32,510 bases of DNA from Gemmatimonadota bacterium. Lineage in GTDB: Bacteria; Gemmatimonadota; Gemmatimonadetes; Gemmatimonadales; GWC2-71-9. The stretch is from NCBI GenBank assembly GCA_003220955.1, contig QHTW01000048.1, positions 1 through 32,510 of the forward strand. The letters are read 5' to 3'. The position numbers were made by a program, and so were the translations under genes. This document shows, one piece after another, positions 1-8,747 of this stretch; within the stretch, counting starts at the first letter, position 1, and every line of letters begins with the position of its first letter. The notes under the pieces are model-generated. The model saw only the letters and a list, made by a program, of their open reading frames with translations, ran no database searches and was not told where the DNA came from.

Positions 1-73
1 CTCAGCGATCCGTTGTTTCGAGCGTTTTGGCGAGGTCCGACGAAGCTGCTGACGAATGCGATCCTGATGGGGC
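1..73. repeat. Possible partial REP/MITE-like structured element cut by the window edge
   Basis: Non-coding. Minus strand reads gccccatcaggatcgc...gccaaaacgctcg-aaacaacggatcg-ctgag, which looks like one arm plus loop of a hairpin whose other arm would lie outside the window. Confidence 0.25.
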
Positions 74-88
74 CGAATCGGTAACCTC

Positions 89-152
89 AATGACGGCAGG
101 GACCCCAAAGGCGGCAAAGGGGGTACCCGTGCCGCCCATGCCGCCCTTCTGC
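89..152. repeat. Inverted array of ~9-bp units just downstream of the PDZ gene (possible terminator or stabilising hairpin)
   Basis: aatgacggc/agggacccc/aaaggcggc/aaagggggt followed by tgccgccca/tgccgccct; tgccgccct is the reverse complement of agggcggca. Confidence 0.5.
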
Positions 153-153
153 T

Positions 154-1125
154 TTAGATCACCCGGCTCGTCCGAATCACGTCGCGAATCTTCTGCATCG
201 GCAGCCGCAGCTGCTGACGGATTCTCGGCGCCACGCGGAACCAGCTCGGCTCCTCGTGCATCCGCGGTGCCACCTTGTAGTAGCGGTTCTCGTGCTCCGG
301 CACCTTCCAGGTCACGTTCACGTGCTTCTGCTTGCGTAGCACGTCCAGCGTGACGGTTTCTCCGGTGTCATAGGAGCGCAGGATTCGCATTGCCTGCTCC
401 GGTGACGCGGGCTTGCGGCCCCCGATCGACACGATCACATCGCCGCCTTTGAGCGCGAGCGAGGAATCTTCCGGCGCCCTCACGACCAGGACGCCTTCCC
501 GCGTGCCGAAATAGTCGCCGAGATCGGGATTCAGCTTCACCATCTCGATGCCACCCCAGGGGCTCCCAAACGCGAACCCGAATGCCCCGCCCTCCGGCAT
601 CTCCATCCTGGGCATCTCGAAGCGTCCCATATCGGGCATTTCCATGTGACCGGTCCAGCCGGGGCCGCCGAGGTCCTCTGCAACGAGCGTGGCTTTGCGG
701 TTGTCGTTCCCGCGCCGGTACTCGACCCGCGCGGTATCGCCCGGCTCCAGCTTCCGTGCCAGCTCGATCAACTTCATGCCAGGCCCGGAGTCCTCGTCGT
801 TTTCCGCGCGCGCGCCACCGAGGTCGGTGCCGTTGAACCGCGTGATGACATCCCCAACCTTGAGTCCAGCCTTGTCGGCCGGCCCGTCCGGCGTGATGCC
901 ATCGATGCGCGCGCCAACCTTGTCGCGCGTTGCGTCCGAGCGGGGATCCACGATCACGCCGATGCGACCGCGGTTGTCATTGAGCGTATAGACGCCGAAC
1001 GGTCCATCCCGGGTCTCGACCCGCACGCGCGGTCGAGTCGCTCGCCGCGGCGTTCCCTGCGTCGACGCCGCGGCGGGTAACATCAGACAAACGGCAAACG
1101 CGGCCAAAGTCCAATTACGCATCAT
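154..1125 (-). CDS. Secreted protein with two PDZ domains and no protease domain
   Basis: Signal peptide MRNWTLAAFAVCLMLPAAA; PDZ motifs GRIGV...GITPDGPADKAGLKVGDVITRFNG and GVLVV...LKGGDVIVSIGG; Met/Pro-rich linker; SD GAAGGAG upstream. Confidence 0.85.
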   Translation of the reverse strand: MMRNWTLAAFAVCLMLPAAASTQGTPRRATRPRVRVETRDGPFGVYTLNDNRGRIGVIVDPRSDATRDKVGARIDGITPDGPADKAGLKVGDVITRFNGTDLGGARAENDEDSGPGMKLIELARKLEPGDTARVEYRRGNDNRKATLVAEDLGGPGWTGHMEMPDMGRFEMPRMEMPEGGAFGFAFGSPWGGIEMVKLNPDLGDYFGTREGVLVVRAPEDSSLALKGGDVIVSIGGRKPASPEQAMRILRSYDTGETVTLDVLRKQKHVNVTWKVPEHENRYYKVAPRMHEEPSWFRVAPRIRQQLRLPMQKIRDVIRTSRVI

Positions 1126-1143
1126 CAGCTCTCCTTCAGGCTC

Positions 1144-1728
1144 TTAGAGCCCGACGTAGCGAGCGCGTGTCGCGCGTGCGTTCACCAGCTCGCGCATCAA
1201 CCCCACACGCTCCTGCCAAAGTTTGACCAGTTCGGCATCCCGGACGTTCTGTTCGTGCTGCGCCAGGGTGCCATCGAGAACGGAAATCCGATCTTCGAGC
1301 TCGGCCACGACGGCCGCCGCATGACCGCTCAACACGCGGCCGTCGATATCGAATTGCTGCAGGGAATCTTCGAGCGTAGCGGACTGCTGCTTCGCCTGAT
1401 TCAACTCGGCGTGCAGCTTGCCCTGCTCCCCGCCCGGCGGCTGTACCAGAAGGACTGCGGCAATCGTGGCGGCGAGGGCGAGGCTGCCCGTCCAGGTCCC
1501 CCACGTGCGACGGCGGCGGGAGCGCTCGGCGCGCAGCGCCGCTTGAATGGTGGGCCAGCGGTCGCGCGGTGGGTGCAGCGCCGGCAAGGCTTTCAGCTGC
1601 GCGACCCGCTGGTACAGCGCCTCGAGCTCCGCCTGACACGCAGCGCAGGTGGTGATGTGCCGGCGTGCCCACACCGACGCCTCACCTGCCCGCAAGGCTC
1701 CCAGATCTTCCATCGTGCAATGCATCAT
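1144..1728 (-). CDS. Zinc-binding (zf-HC2/ZAS) transmembrane anti-sigma factor
   Basis: HITTCAAC = HxxxCxxC; one TM segment (SLALAATIAAVLLV); helical C-terminal domain; 4-bp overlap with the sigma gene. Confidence 0.8.
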   Translation of the reverse strand: MMHCTMEDLGALRAGEASVWARRHITTCAACQAELEALYQRVAQLKALPALHPPRDRWPTIQAALRAERSRRRRTWGTWTGSLALAATIAAVLLVQPPGGEQGKLHAELNQAKQQSATLEDSLQQFDIDGRVLSGHAAAVVAELEDRISVLDGTLAQHEQNVRDAELVKLWQERVGLMRELVNARATRARYVGL

Positions 1729-2255
1729 GCTTGCGCTCCTTCATCGAGCATCCGCCGCAGCCGAGCGTGGGCTCGCGCGAGCTGCGACTTGGAAAAACTC
1801 ACCGTCTTCCCCATCTGGTCCGCGATCTCTTCGTGTGTGTATCCCTCGACGTCGTGCAGCCACACGACCGCGCGCGATGTTTCGGATAACCGGTCGAACG
1901 CTCGCTCCAGATCGAGGTTCGCCGCGACGTGCATTCCCGGTTTGCCCGGCTCTTCGTCCAGCGATTCCGTCTCGCGAACCTGCTCGCGACGAATGCGCAT
2001 CAACGCCTTGGTCGTCGCGATACGGCGGATCCAGCCCCACAGATAGCCTTCGCCGCGATACTGCTTGATATTGCGCACGACCTCGAGAAACGTCTCCTGC
2101 AACACGTCCTCCGCGTCCTCCGGCCGCCGCAGGATGCGCCGCACGAGATTGTAGACAGGCGTCTCGAAAGCCCGGTACAGGGCTTCGAGCGCTGCTTCAT
2201 CTCCGGCTTGCGCGCGGGCGACGATGACATCGGGAACGGCGAGGGCCACAGTCAT
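1725..2255 (-). CDS. ECF-type RNA polymerase sigma-70 factor
   Basis: Region 2 (DAEDVLQETFL, WIRRIA) and region 4 (LHDVEGYTHEEIA...KSQLARA). Start moved to ATG 2255 (MTVALAVPD) because the longer ORF runs into the divergent gene and over a likely promoter. Confidence 0.92.
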   Translation of the reverse strand: MTVALAVPDVIVARAQAGDEAALEALYRAFETPVYNLVRRILRRPEDAEDVLQETFLEVVRNIKQYRGEGYLWGWIRRIATTKALMRIRREQVRETESLDEEPGKPGMHVAANLDLERAFDRLSETSRAVVWLHDVEGYTHEEIADQMGKTVSFSKSQLARAHARLRRMLDEGAQA

Positions 2256-2265
2256 GTCCGAAAAG

Positions 2266-2294
2266 TTAGATGCGACAACTACGTAGAAGGTCGC
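2266..2294 (-). promoter_or_regulatory. Candidate autoregulatory ECF promoter GCGACC-N16-CATCTAA
   Basis: Resembles the ECF G(G/C)AACC-N16-CGTC pattern and sits ~10 nt upstream of the sigma ATG. Confidence 0.5.
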
Positions 2295-2352
2295 GAGTTG
2301 GCCTAGGGAATGGCATGGTTCCTTAACGCGTTGCGGCGGAGTAGCTTGCCGC

Positions 2353-3459
2353 ATGCCCCCAGCCGACGTGAAAGAATGGCTGCATCACTGGCAGGACGAA
2401 GCCGATGCGGCCTACCTCTATCTGGCCCTCGCCGGTCAAGAGTCCGATCCTCACCGCAAGGACGTCTACATCAAGCTTGCCGGTGTCGAGGAGCGGCACG
2501 TGCAGATGTGGAGCAAGCTCCTCGCTGAACACGGCCACAGGGTCGAGCACACCAAGCCTTCACTGAACGCTCGGTTGCGGGCCTGGTTCGGCCGCCGTTT
2601 CGGGACGCGTTATCTGCTTCCGATGCTGCTGCGGGAGGAGGGGGAAGAGGTCAAGGGCTACCTCAACCTGCACAAGGCCAGCCAGCTGCCGGACGCTCAG
2701 GAGGTGTCGCTCCAGCTCGCCAAAGAATCGGCGGCGCACGCGGGCACGCTCGCTGGTTTAGCCGGCAAGGGCGCCGAGCCGTGGCACAAGACCGGGTCGG
2801 GCGGCTTCCTGCGCAACGTGGTGTACGGGTTCAACGACGGCTTGACGGCGAATTTCGGTCTGGTCGCCGGCGTGATCGGCGCGGCGGTGCAGCCGCACGT
2901 CATCATGATCTCGGGGGTCGCAGGGATGATTGCTGACGCGCTCTCGATGGGATCGTCCGGGTACCTCGCGGCGAAGAGTGAGCAGGAGGTGTGGGAACAC
3001 GAGATCGCGATGGAGAAGGAAGAGATTCGCCTGATGCCGGAAGTGGAACAGGAGGAGATGGCCCTGCACTACGAGGCGAAAGGCGTGGACCCTCGGACGG
3101 CGCGCCGCATGGCGGAGGAAGTCATGCGCGATCCGGAGCGCGCGTTGGGCGAGCAGGTGCGCGACGAGCTGAAGATCGGCGAGGCGCACGCCACACCGTT
3201 CCGCGAGGGGTGGATCACCGGTGTGGCGACCGCTGTGGGCGCCTTCATTCCGGTCTTCCCCTTCCTCGTGCTCCAAGGGCGCGCCGCCATTTGGACGGCG
3301 TTTATCATCGCCATGTTGTCGCACTTTGCCGTGGGTGCCGCGCGCAGCTTCTTCACCGGCCGCGGTGTGATCCGCAGCGGCATTGACATGTTCGTCATTG
3401 GGGTGGGAGTCGCCGCGGTGGGCTATCTCGTCGGCGACCTAGTAGCGAAGGCGCTTTAG
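2353..3459 (+). CDS. VIT1/CCC1 family Fe/Mn transporter with N-terminal ferritin/rubrerythrin-like domain
   Basis: N-terminal E...EERH...E..E...ESAAH di-metal-type pattern; VIT1 motifs LRNVVYGFNDGL and ALSMGSSGYLAAKSE; Glu-rich cytosolic segment; C-terminal TM helices. Confidence 0.9.
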   Translation: MPPADVKEWLHHWQDEADAAYLYLALAGQESDPHRKDVYIKLAGVEERHVQMWSKLLAEHGHRVEHTKPSLNARLRAWFGRRFGTRYLLPMLLREEGEEVKGYLNLHKASQLPDAQEVSLQLAKESAAHAGTLAGLAGKGAEPWHKTGSGGFLRNVVYGFNDGLTANFGLVAGVIGAAVQPHVIMISGVAGMIADALSMGSSGYLAAKSEQEVWEHEIAMEKEEIRLMPEVEQEEMALHYEAKGVDPRTARRMAEEVMRDPERALGEQVRDELKIGEAHATPFREGWITGVATAVGAFIPVFPFLVLQGRAAIWTAFIIAMLSHFAVGAARSFFTGRGVIRSGIDMFVIGVGVAAVGYLVGDLVAKAL

Positions 3460-5855
3460 ACGACCAGATTGACGAGCCGGTCCTGCACGTAGATCACCTT
3501 TTTCACTTTCTGCCCGTCGACAAACTTCTTCACCACCTCGTCGGCGAGCACCCGCGCGAGAACATCCCGTTCCGCCATGCCCCGCGGCACAGTGAGGCGG
3601 GAGCGCAGCTTGCCGTTCACCTGCACGGCGATCTCGACGTTGCCGGCCGAGGCCAGGCGCTCGTCGTAGGAAGGCCAAGGCGCCTGGAACACTGATTCCT
3701 GGTTGCCTGACGCCTCCCACAATTCCTCAGCAATGTGGGGCGCGTAGGGCGCGAGCATGATCACGAGCGGCTCGAGGAGCTGCTTGCTCCCCGCTCCCCG
3801 CTCCCTGAGCTCGTTCACATACTCCATCATCGCTGCGATCGCCGTGTTGTACTGCAAGGCTTCGGTCTCGGCGGTGACCTTGCGAATGGTCCGGTGAAGC
3901 TTCTGCTCGGCCGCCGCGGCGCTTTTTGTCCCGCGCTCGTGAACGAGTGCCCAGACTTTCTCCAGGAAGCGCCGAATCCCGACGATGCCCTCGTCCCGGA
4001 AGTCGCCGCCTTCCTGGAAGGGGCCGAGGAACATGAGATACATGCGGAAAGTGTCGGCGCCCCATTCCTTGACATAGGTGTCCGGGACGACGACGTTGCC
4101 GCGCGACTTGGACATCTTCGCGCCGTCCTTCACGATCAGGCCGTGCGCCCGGAACTTCGGGTAGGGCGATTCGAACTGCACGTGGCCGAGATCGGACAAC
4201 ACGAGACAGATAAACCGCGCGTACAGCAGGTGGAGCACGGCGTGTTCGTTCCCACCGATGTAGCTCGAGACCGGAAGCCATTTCTTGGTGCGCGCCGGAT
4301 CGAACGGGCGGTCGGTGAACTCCGTCGACGGATACCGCAGGTGGTACCACGCTGAATCGAGAAACGTGTCGGAGACGTCGGTCTCACGCCGCGCCTGGCT
4401 CCCGCACTGAGGGCACTTCACGAAGTACCACTCTTCATGCCGGGCCAGCGGGCTGACGCCGGTATCGTCGGGGCGGAAATCCTCGATGTAGGGAAGCTCC
4501 ACCGGCAAGTCCTGCTCGGGAACCGGCACGACTCCACACTTCTCGCAGTAGATGATAGGAATCGGTGGTCCCCAGTAGCGCTGCCGCGAGATGCACCAGT
4601 CGTGCAGCCGGTACTGCACCCGCGGCGTGGCGAGGCCCCCCCCCCGCTCGGCGAGCCAGGCCACGATTTTCCGCCCACCCTCGACGCAGGGCGTCCCGTC
4701 GAAGGCACCCGAGTTCATCAGCACGCCGTCCTCGGAAACGATCGGCAACTTTTCTCCGGCGACGGCGACCACCTGCCGGATGGGGAGCTTGAACTGGGTG
4801 GCGAATTCGAAGTCGCGCTTATCGTGCGCGGGGACGGCCATGATCGCGCCGGTGCCGTACTCCATCAGCACATAGTCGGCGATCCAAATCGGAACGGCTT
4901 CGCCGGTAGCAGGATTTCGGGCATACGAGCCGATGAACACCCCGCTCTTGGTCTTCTCGCCCACCCGCCGCGAGACAACGTCCTTCGACTGCACTTCGCG
5001 CTGGTAGGCCTTCACCGTCGAGCGCTGCTCGACGGCCGTGAGCTCTTCCACGAACGGATGCTCCGGCGCAAGCACGAGGTAGGTCGCGCCGAACACCGTG
5101 TCGGGCCGCGTGGTGAAGACCGTGATCTTCTTGCCGCTCGGCGTCTCGAACATGAGCTCGGCACCGTCGCTCCGGCCGATCCAGTTCCGCTGGAGCAGGA
5201 CGGTGGAGGATGACCAGTCGAGGTTCTGGAGGTTCTCGAGGAGTCGCTCGGCGTAATTGGTGATTCGGAAAAACCATTGGTCGAGGAAGCGTTGTTCGAC
5301 CGGTGTGTCGCAGCGCTCGCAGCGGCCATCGATGACCTGCTCGTTGGCGAGCACCGTCTTGTCTTTGGGACACCAGTTCACCGCCGCCCGCTTCTTGTAT
5401 GCGAGCCCCGCCTTGAAGAGCTGGAGAAAGAGCCACTGCGTCCACTTGTAGTACGCGGGATCCGTCGTCGACAACTCGTGGCGCCAGTCGAACATGCCGC
5501 CGAAGCGGCGAAGCTGGCGCCGGAAGCTGGCGATGTTCTGGGGAATGAGCTTGGCTGGATTCGTCCCGATGTTGAGCGCGTAATTCTCGGAATGGATGCC
5601 GAACGCGTCGAACCCCATCGGCTCGAAGACGTCGAAGCCCTGGAGACGCTTGAAGCGGCCGTGGATGTCGGCGCCGACGAAGGCAAACATGTTCCCCACG
5701 TGTAGGCCCTCGGCCGACGGGTACGGAAACATCATGAGGTTGTAGAATGGCCGCGGCGCACGATCGAGGTCCGGCTCGTTCGTGTGGCGTTCGGCCCAGC
5801 GGGCCTGCCACTTTGCCTCGAGCGAAGCCGGATCGTAGCTTGGGATGTCTCGCAT
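3456..5855 (-). CDS. leuS: Leucine--tRNA ligase
   Basis: MFPYPSAEGLHVGN (HIGH motif), editing domain (FTTRPDT, YGTGAIMAVPAHD), DWCISRQRYWG, KMSKS, C-terminal VQVNGKLR. Confidence 0.98.
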   Translation of the reverse strand: MRDIPSYDPASLEAKWQARWAERHTNEPDLDRAPRPFYNLMMFPYPSAEGLHVGNMFAFVGADIHGRFKRLQGFDVFEPMGFDAFGIHSENYALNIGTNPAKLIPQNIASFRRQLRRFGGMFDWRHELSTTDPAYYKWTQWLFLQLFKAGLAYKKRAAVNWCPKDKTVLANEQVIDGRCERCDTPVEQRFLDQWFFRITNYAERLLENLQNLDWSSSTVLLQRNWIGRSDGAELMFETPSGKKITVFTTRPDTVFGATYLVLAPEHPFVEELTAVEQRSTVKAYQREVQSKDVVSRRVGEKTKSGVFIGSYARNPATGEAVPIWIADYVLMEYGTGAIMAVPAHDKRDFEFATQFKLPIRQVVAVAGEKLPIVSEDGVLMNSGAFDGTPCVEGGRKIVAWLAERGGGLATPRVQYRLHDWCISRQRYWGPPIPIIYCEKCGVVPVPEQDLPVELPYIEDFRPDDTGVSPLARHEEWYFVKCPQCGSQARRETDVSDTFLDSAWYHLRYPSTEFTDRPFDPARTKKWLPVSSYIGGNEHAVLHLLYARFICLVLSDLGHVQFESPYPKFRAHGLIVKDGAKMSKSRGNVVVPDTYVKEWGADTFRMYLMFLGPFQEGGDFRDEGIVGIRRFLEKVWALVHERGTKSAAAAEQKLHRTIRKVTAETEALQYNTAIAAMMEYVNELRERGAGSKQLLEPLVIMLAPYAPHIAEELWEASGNQESVFQAPWPSYDERLASAGNVEIAVQVNGKLRSRLTVPRGMAERDVLARVLADEVVKKFVDGQKVKKVIYVQDRLVNLVV
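3785..3805. repeat. In-frame 7-bp tandem repeat (YGCTCCC)x3 inside leuS
   Basis: tgctccc cgctccc cgctccc; encodes part of RERGAGSK in a probable loop of the anticodon-binding domain. Confidence 0.6.
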
Positions 5856-5877
5856 ACGGTGGTAAAACTAAACCCGA
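5856..5877. promoter_or_regulatory. 22-bp divergent spacer with overlapping -10-like hexamers (bidirectional promoter candidate)
   Basis: TAAAAC (+, 5863-5868) and TAGTTT (-, 5870-5865); each is 9 nt from its ATG; no SD on either strand. Confidence 0.55.
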
Positions 5878-7980
5878 ATGGCCATCAAGTCACAGCAACT
5901 GCGACAGAGTTTTTTGGTTTCGGGGGGCGGTGCCGCCGTCCTCCTCGTCATCTTCGTCGCCTGGATCACGAGTAACCGCATCGGTTCTGTGCTCGAGCAG
6001 CAAGCCGACGAGCGCGGTCACGACGTGGCAACCCGTGCCGCCGCCATCGTCACGCAGTACGTCAAGGAGCGGCGGCGGGAAGTCGCCGTGTTGGCGAGCC
6101 AGCCGCAGCTCGTGGCGGCGGTTCAAGCCGCGGGCCAGGCGGCCGTCGCCCGCGGGCTCGATCGCACGCCGATTCCCGATCTCGAGCGCGCGTTCAACGC
6201 CAGCCGGCAGCTCGGCGCCGACCCGGTGCTGCAGGATTATCTCCGCGCCTACCCGGCGACGTCGGATTTTGCCGAGCTCATCGTCACGGAGAGCCACGGG
6301 TTGAACGTGGTCGCGTCCGAGCGCCCGTCGGATTTTGTGCAGCGCGACGAAGCCTGGTGGCAGCACGCGATCTCGGAAGGAAGCTTCGAAGGCCCAGCGG
6401 GGTTCGACTCCTCCGCGAACGCCGCCGCGATCGAGTTGGACATGGCCATTCGTCCGCCACGGGCGCGGCAGCCGCTTGGTGTGATCAAGACCGTGGTCGC
6501 GCTCAACAGGCTGACGGCGCTGCTCGGCACCCAGGAAGTCGCAGGGGGCACGTATCTCCAGTTGGTGGACGGCAGGGGCAACCTGCTCGTCGCGAAGGAT
6601 CCCGCCTTGTTGCTGCAAAACCTCCCGGACAAGGATCGCGTCCCGCTCGGCCCCGAACCGCGGTCCGCGCAGATCACAACCGTGCGGGGCGAGGACGAGC
6701 TGGTCGTCAGCGTGCCCGCGGGCCAATGGTGGGTGCTCTATCGCGAGCCGCTTGCCAGCGCATTCGCCGCGGCTCGCAGCGCGGAGCGGGCCGTCTGGCT
6801 CGGGGCCCTGCTCGTCGCGGCCATCGCAGTCGGCGCGTTGTTCTGGCTGTCGCAACGACTCGGCCGCCTCGTCACCGAGCCGGTCCGCGCGGCGGGCGCG
6901 ATCGCGAGCCGCGTCGCCGGAGGCGACCTCTCCGTGACCGTCGCGACCCATCGTGCCGAGGCGACGGAAGTCGCGGAGCTGATGTCCTCCGTCCATTCGA
7001 TGGTCGTGGCCTTACGGCGGCTGGTTGGCGCGATCCGCGCCGCGGCGGACGAAGCCGCCGCTATGGCCACGGAGATCTCCGCTTCGACTGAAGAGATGAG
7101 TGCCTCGACCGAGGAGATGGCGGCCACGTCCCAGGACCTCTCGCGGCGCGCGGGTGAGCAGGCGCAACTGGTCCGTGCCGCGGCGGATGACGCGGCGCGC
7201 ATCCTCCAGATTGCCGCAAAACTCGCGCAGGGGGCGGAGGAGGCCGCGCGCCGCAACGCCGACCTGTCGGCGCTGGCGCGACGCCACAAGGAGGGTCTGG
7301 ACGAGAGCACGGTGCGTCTCGCCAAGGTGGCCGAGGAGGTTGCGAAGGGCGCGGCCGAAGCAGAGACGCTGATGCAGGCGACGGCCAAGATTCAGACATT
7401 CGTGGCGCAAACGAAGGCCGTCGCGACCCAGACGAATATGCTCGCGCTCAACGCCGCGATCGAGGCGGCGCGCGCGGGTCCGCAAGGCCGTGGCTTTGCC
7501 GTTGTCGCCGACGAAGTGCGCAAGCTCGCGTCGGTCGCGGCGGGAGCGGCCGGGGCAACGGCCGACACGGTGCGCGAAGTGCTCGCGCGCGTGCAGGCGA
7601 CTCGCGACCGCCTGGTGCGCCTCGCCGAAGGCGCCAGCGCCGTCCGGGAAGCTTCGCAAACCGCGGCGCAAGGTCTGGCGACGGTGGCCGGTGAGGCCGA
7701 CGCCAACGCCACCTGGAGCCGCGAAATCGCTCAGTCGGCCGCCGAGCTGCGCTCGCTCGTCGAAGAAATCGCGGGCCGCCTCACGACGGTCACGGAACAA
7801 ACCGACACGCTGCTCGCATCGGCCGAAGAGCTTGCGGCCTCGGGCGAGGAGCAGAGCGCCTCGACTCAGGAAATCGCCTCGTCGGCCAATCAGCTCGCGG
7901 AAGCGGCCGATCGCCTCACGGGCGCCGTGAAGTCATTTCGATTGTTGGCCGACGAGGTGCAGCCGCAGGCCGCCGATTAG
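5878..7980 (+). CDS. Methyl-accepting chemotaxis protein (Cache-like sensor, HAMP, signalling domain)
   Basis: Two TM segments flanking a periplasmic domain; HAMP (VAGGDLSV...EVAELM); hairpin [32 protein letters not shown]. Confidence 0.95.
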   Translation: MAIKSQQLRQSFLVSGGGAAVLLVIFVAWITSNRIGSVLEQQADERGHDVATRAAAIVTQYVKERRREVAVLASQPQLVAAVQAAGQAAVARGLDRTPIPDLERAFNASRQLGADPVLQDYLRAYPATSDFAELIVTESHGLNVVASERPSDFVQRDEAWWQHAISEGSFEGPAGFDSSANAAAIELDMAIRPPRARQPLGVIKTVVALNRLTALLGTQEVAGGTYLQLVDGRGNLLVAKDPALLLQNLPDKDRVPLGPEPRSAQITTVRGEDELVVSVPAGQWWVLYREPLASAFAAARSAERAVWLGALLVAAIAVGALFWLSQRLGRLVTEPVRAAGAIASRVAGGDLSVTVATHRAEATEVAELMSSVHSMVVALRRLVGAIRAAADEAAAMATEISASTEEMSASTEEMAATSQDLSRRAGEQAQLVRAAADDAARILQIAAKLAQGAEEAARRNADLSALARRHKEGLDESTVRLAKVAEEVAKGAAEAETLMQATAKIQTFVAQTKAVATQTNMLALNAAIEAARAGPQGRGFAVVADEVRKLASVAAGAAGATADTVREVLARVQATRDRLVRLAEGASAVREASQTAAQGLATVAGEADANATWSREIAQSAAELRSLVEEIAGRLTTVTEQTDTLLASAEELAASGEEQSASTQEIASSANQLAEAADRLTGAVKSFRLLADEVQPQAAD

Positions 7981-8747
7981 GGCTCCGCCTCAAAGACCAC
8001 ACTGCAGCACGTCACTCCACCTTCGGCTTTGGCGAGCTCTATACAGGGGACGGGGACCACACGCACTCCGGCGCGGTCCAGACGTTCTGCTGTCTCTGGA
8101 TGATGGCTTGGATAGATAACCGCCGTCCCGATCCGTAGGGCGTTAGCGCCAGCGGGTTCCGATGGGGCAACGGTCATTATGTCGATCGACGCGAAGCACT
8201 CCGGCCGCACCCAATGCGCATTGATCAGGAGCAGATTGTCCGCGACCTGCGTGACTGCGCTTTTGAGGTGAAGACAGCCGGTGACCGGAACGGGGATGAC
8301 CTCATAACCCCACTCCCTGAGAAGAGTCTCCAGCTGAGCCAGCCCATTGTGATTCGTGCGTGAGGAGAGACCTACGTAGATCGTGCGGCCCACCGCAAGC
8401 ACGTCCCCGCCATCGAGCGTGCCAGGTGGCCGGATCCGTTGCAGCGACCTGTACGCGCTCAAGACCTTGACCATGGATTCGCTTTCCGGCCGCCGCGACG
8501 GAGCGCCTGGTCTCGTGATGACAGCGACCTCGTCGAGCACGAGCGCGGTATCCTCGACAAAGACTGCGTCCGGCAGCGCCGGTTCTTCAGGCGCCCGGAC
8601 AACCCTCGCGCCAAGCAACCGCAGCGCCGCCTCGTAACGCTCGTGGTCGGCGATCGCCTTGGCGACATCGATGGGATCACGCGCCAGGTGGGTCAGCTCG
8701 CATTCGGCGAGCGCGGGACTGACCGCGCGCGTCACCGCGACGATCAC
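7977..8747 (-). CDS. ddaH: N(G),N(G)-dimethylarginine dimethylaminohydrolase
   Basis: [44 protein letters not shown] (catalytic Cys/His/acid residues present). Confidence 0.92.
   Translation of the reverse strand: MIVAVTRAVSPALAECELTHLARDPIDVAKAIADHERYEAALRLLGARVVRAPEEPALPDAVFVEDTALVLDEVAVITRPGAPSRRPESESMVKVLSAYRSLQRIRPPGTLDGGDVLAVGRTIYVGLSSRTNHNGLAQLETLLREWGYEVIPVPVTGCLHLKSAVTQVADNLLLINAHWVRPECFASIDIMTVAPSEPAGANALRIGTAVIYPSHHPETAERLDRAGVRVVPVPCIELAKAEGGVTCCSVVFEAEP

Noticed and set aside
1725-2354. Long 209-aa version of the sigma ORF
   Set aside because: The extension overlaps the divergent start and the promoter motifs and has no sigma-like sequence; ATG 2255 is preferred.
4636-4645. C10 tract in leuS as a phase-variation switch
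   Set aside because: leuS is essential and the frame is intact (ERGGGL); more likely Gly codons or a homopolymer length error.
5856-5877. T-box or attenuator upstream of leuS
   Set aside because: Only 22 bp are available and there are no T-box motifs.
7040-7920. Quasi-repeats in the MCP (SASTEEM twice)
   Set aside because: Ordinary heptad and methylation-helix periodicity.
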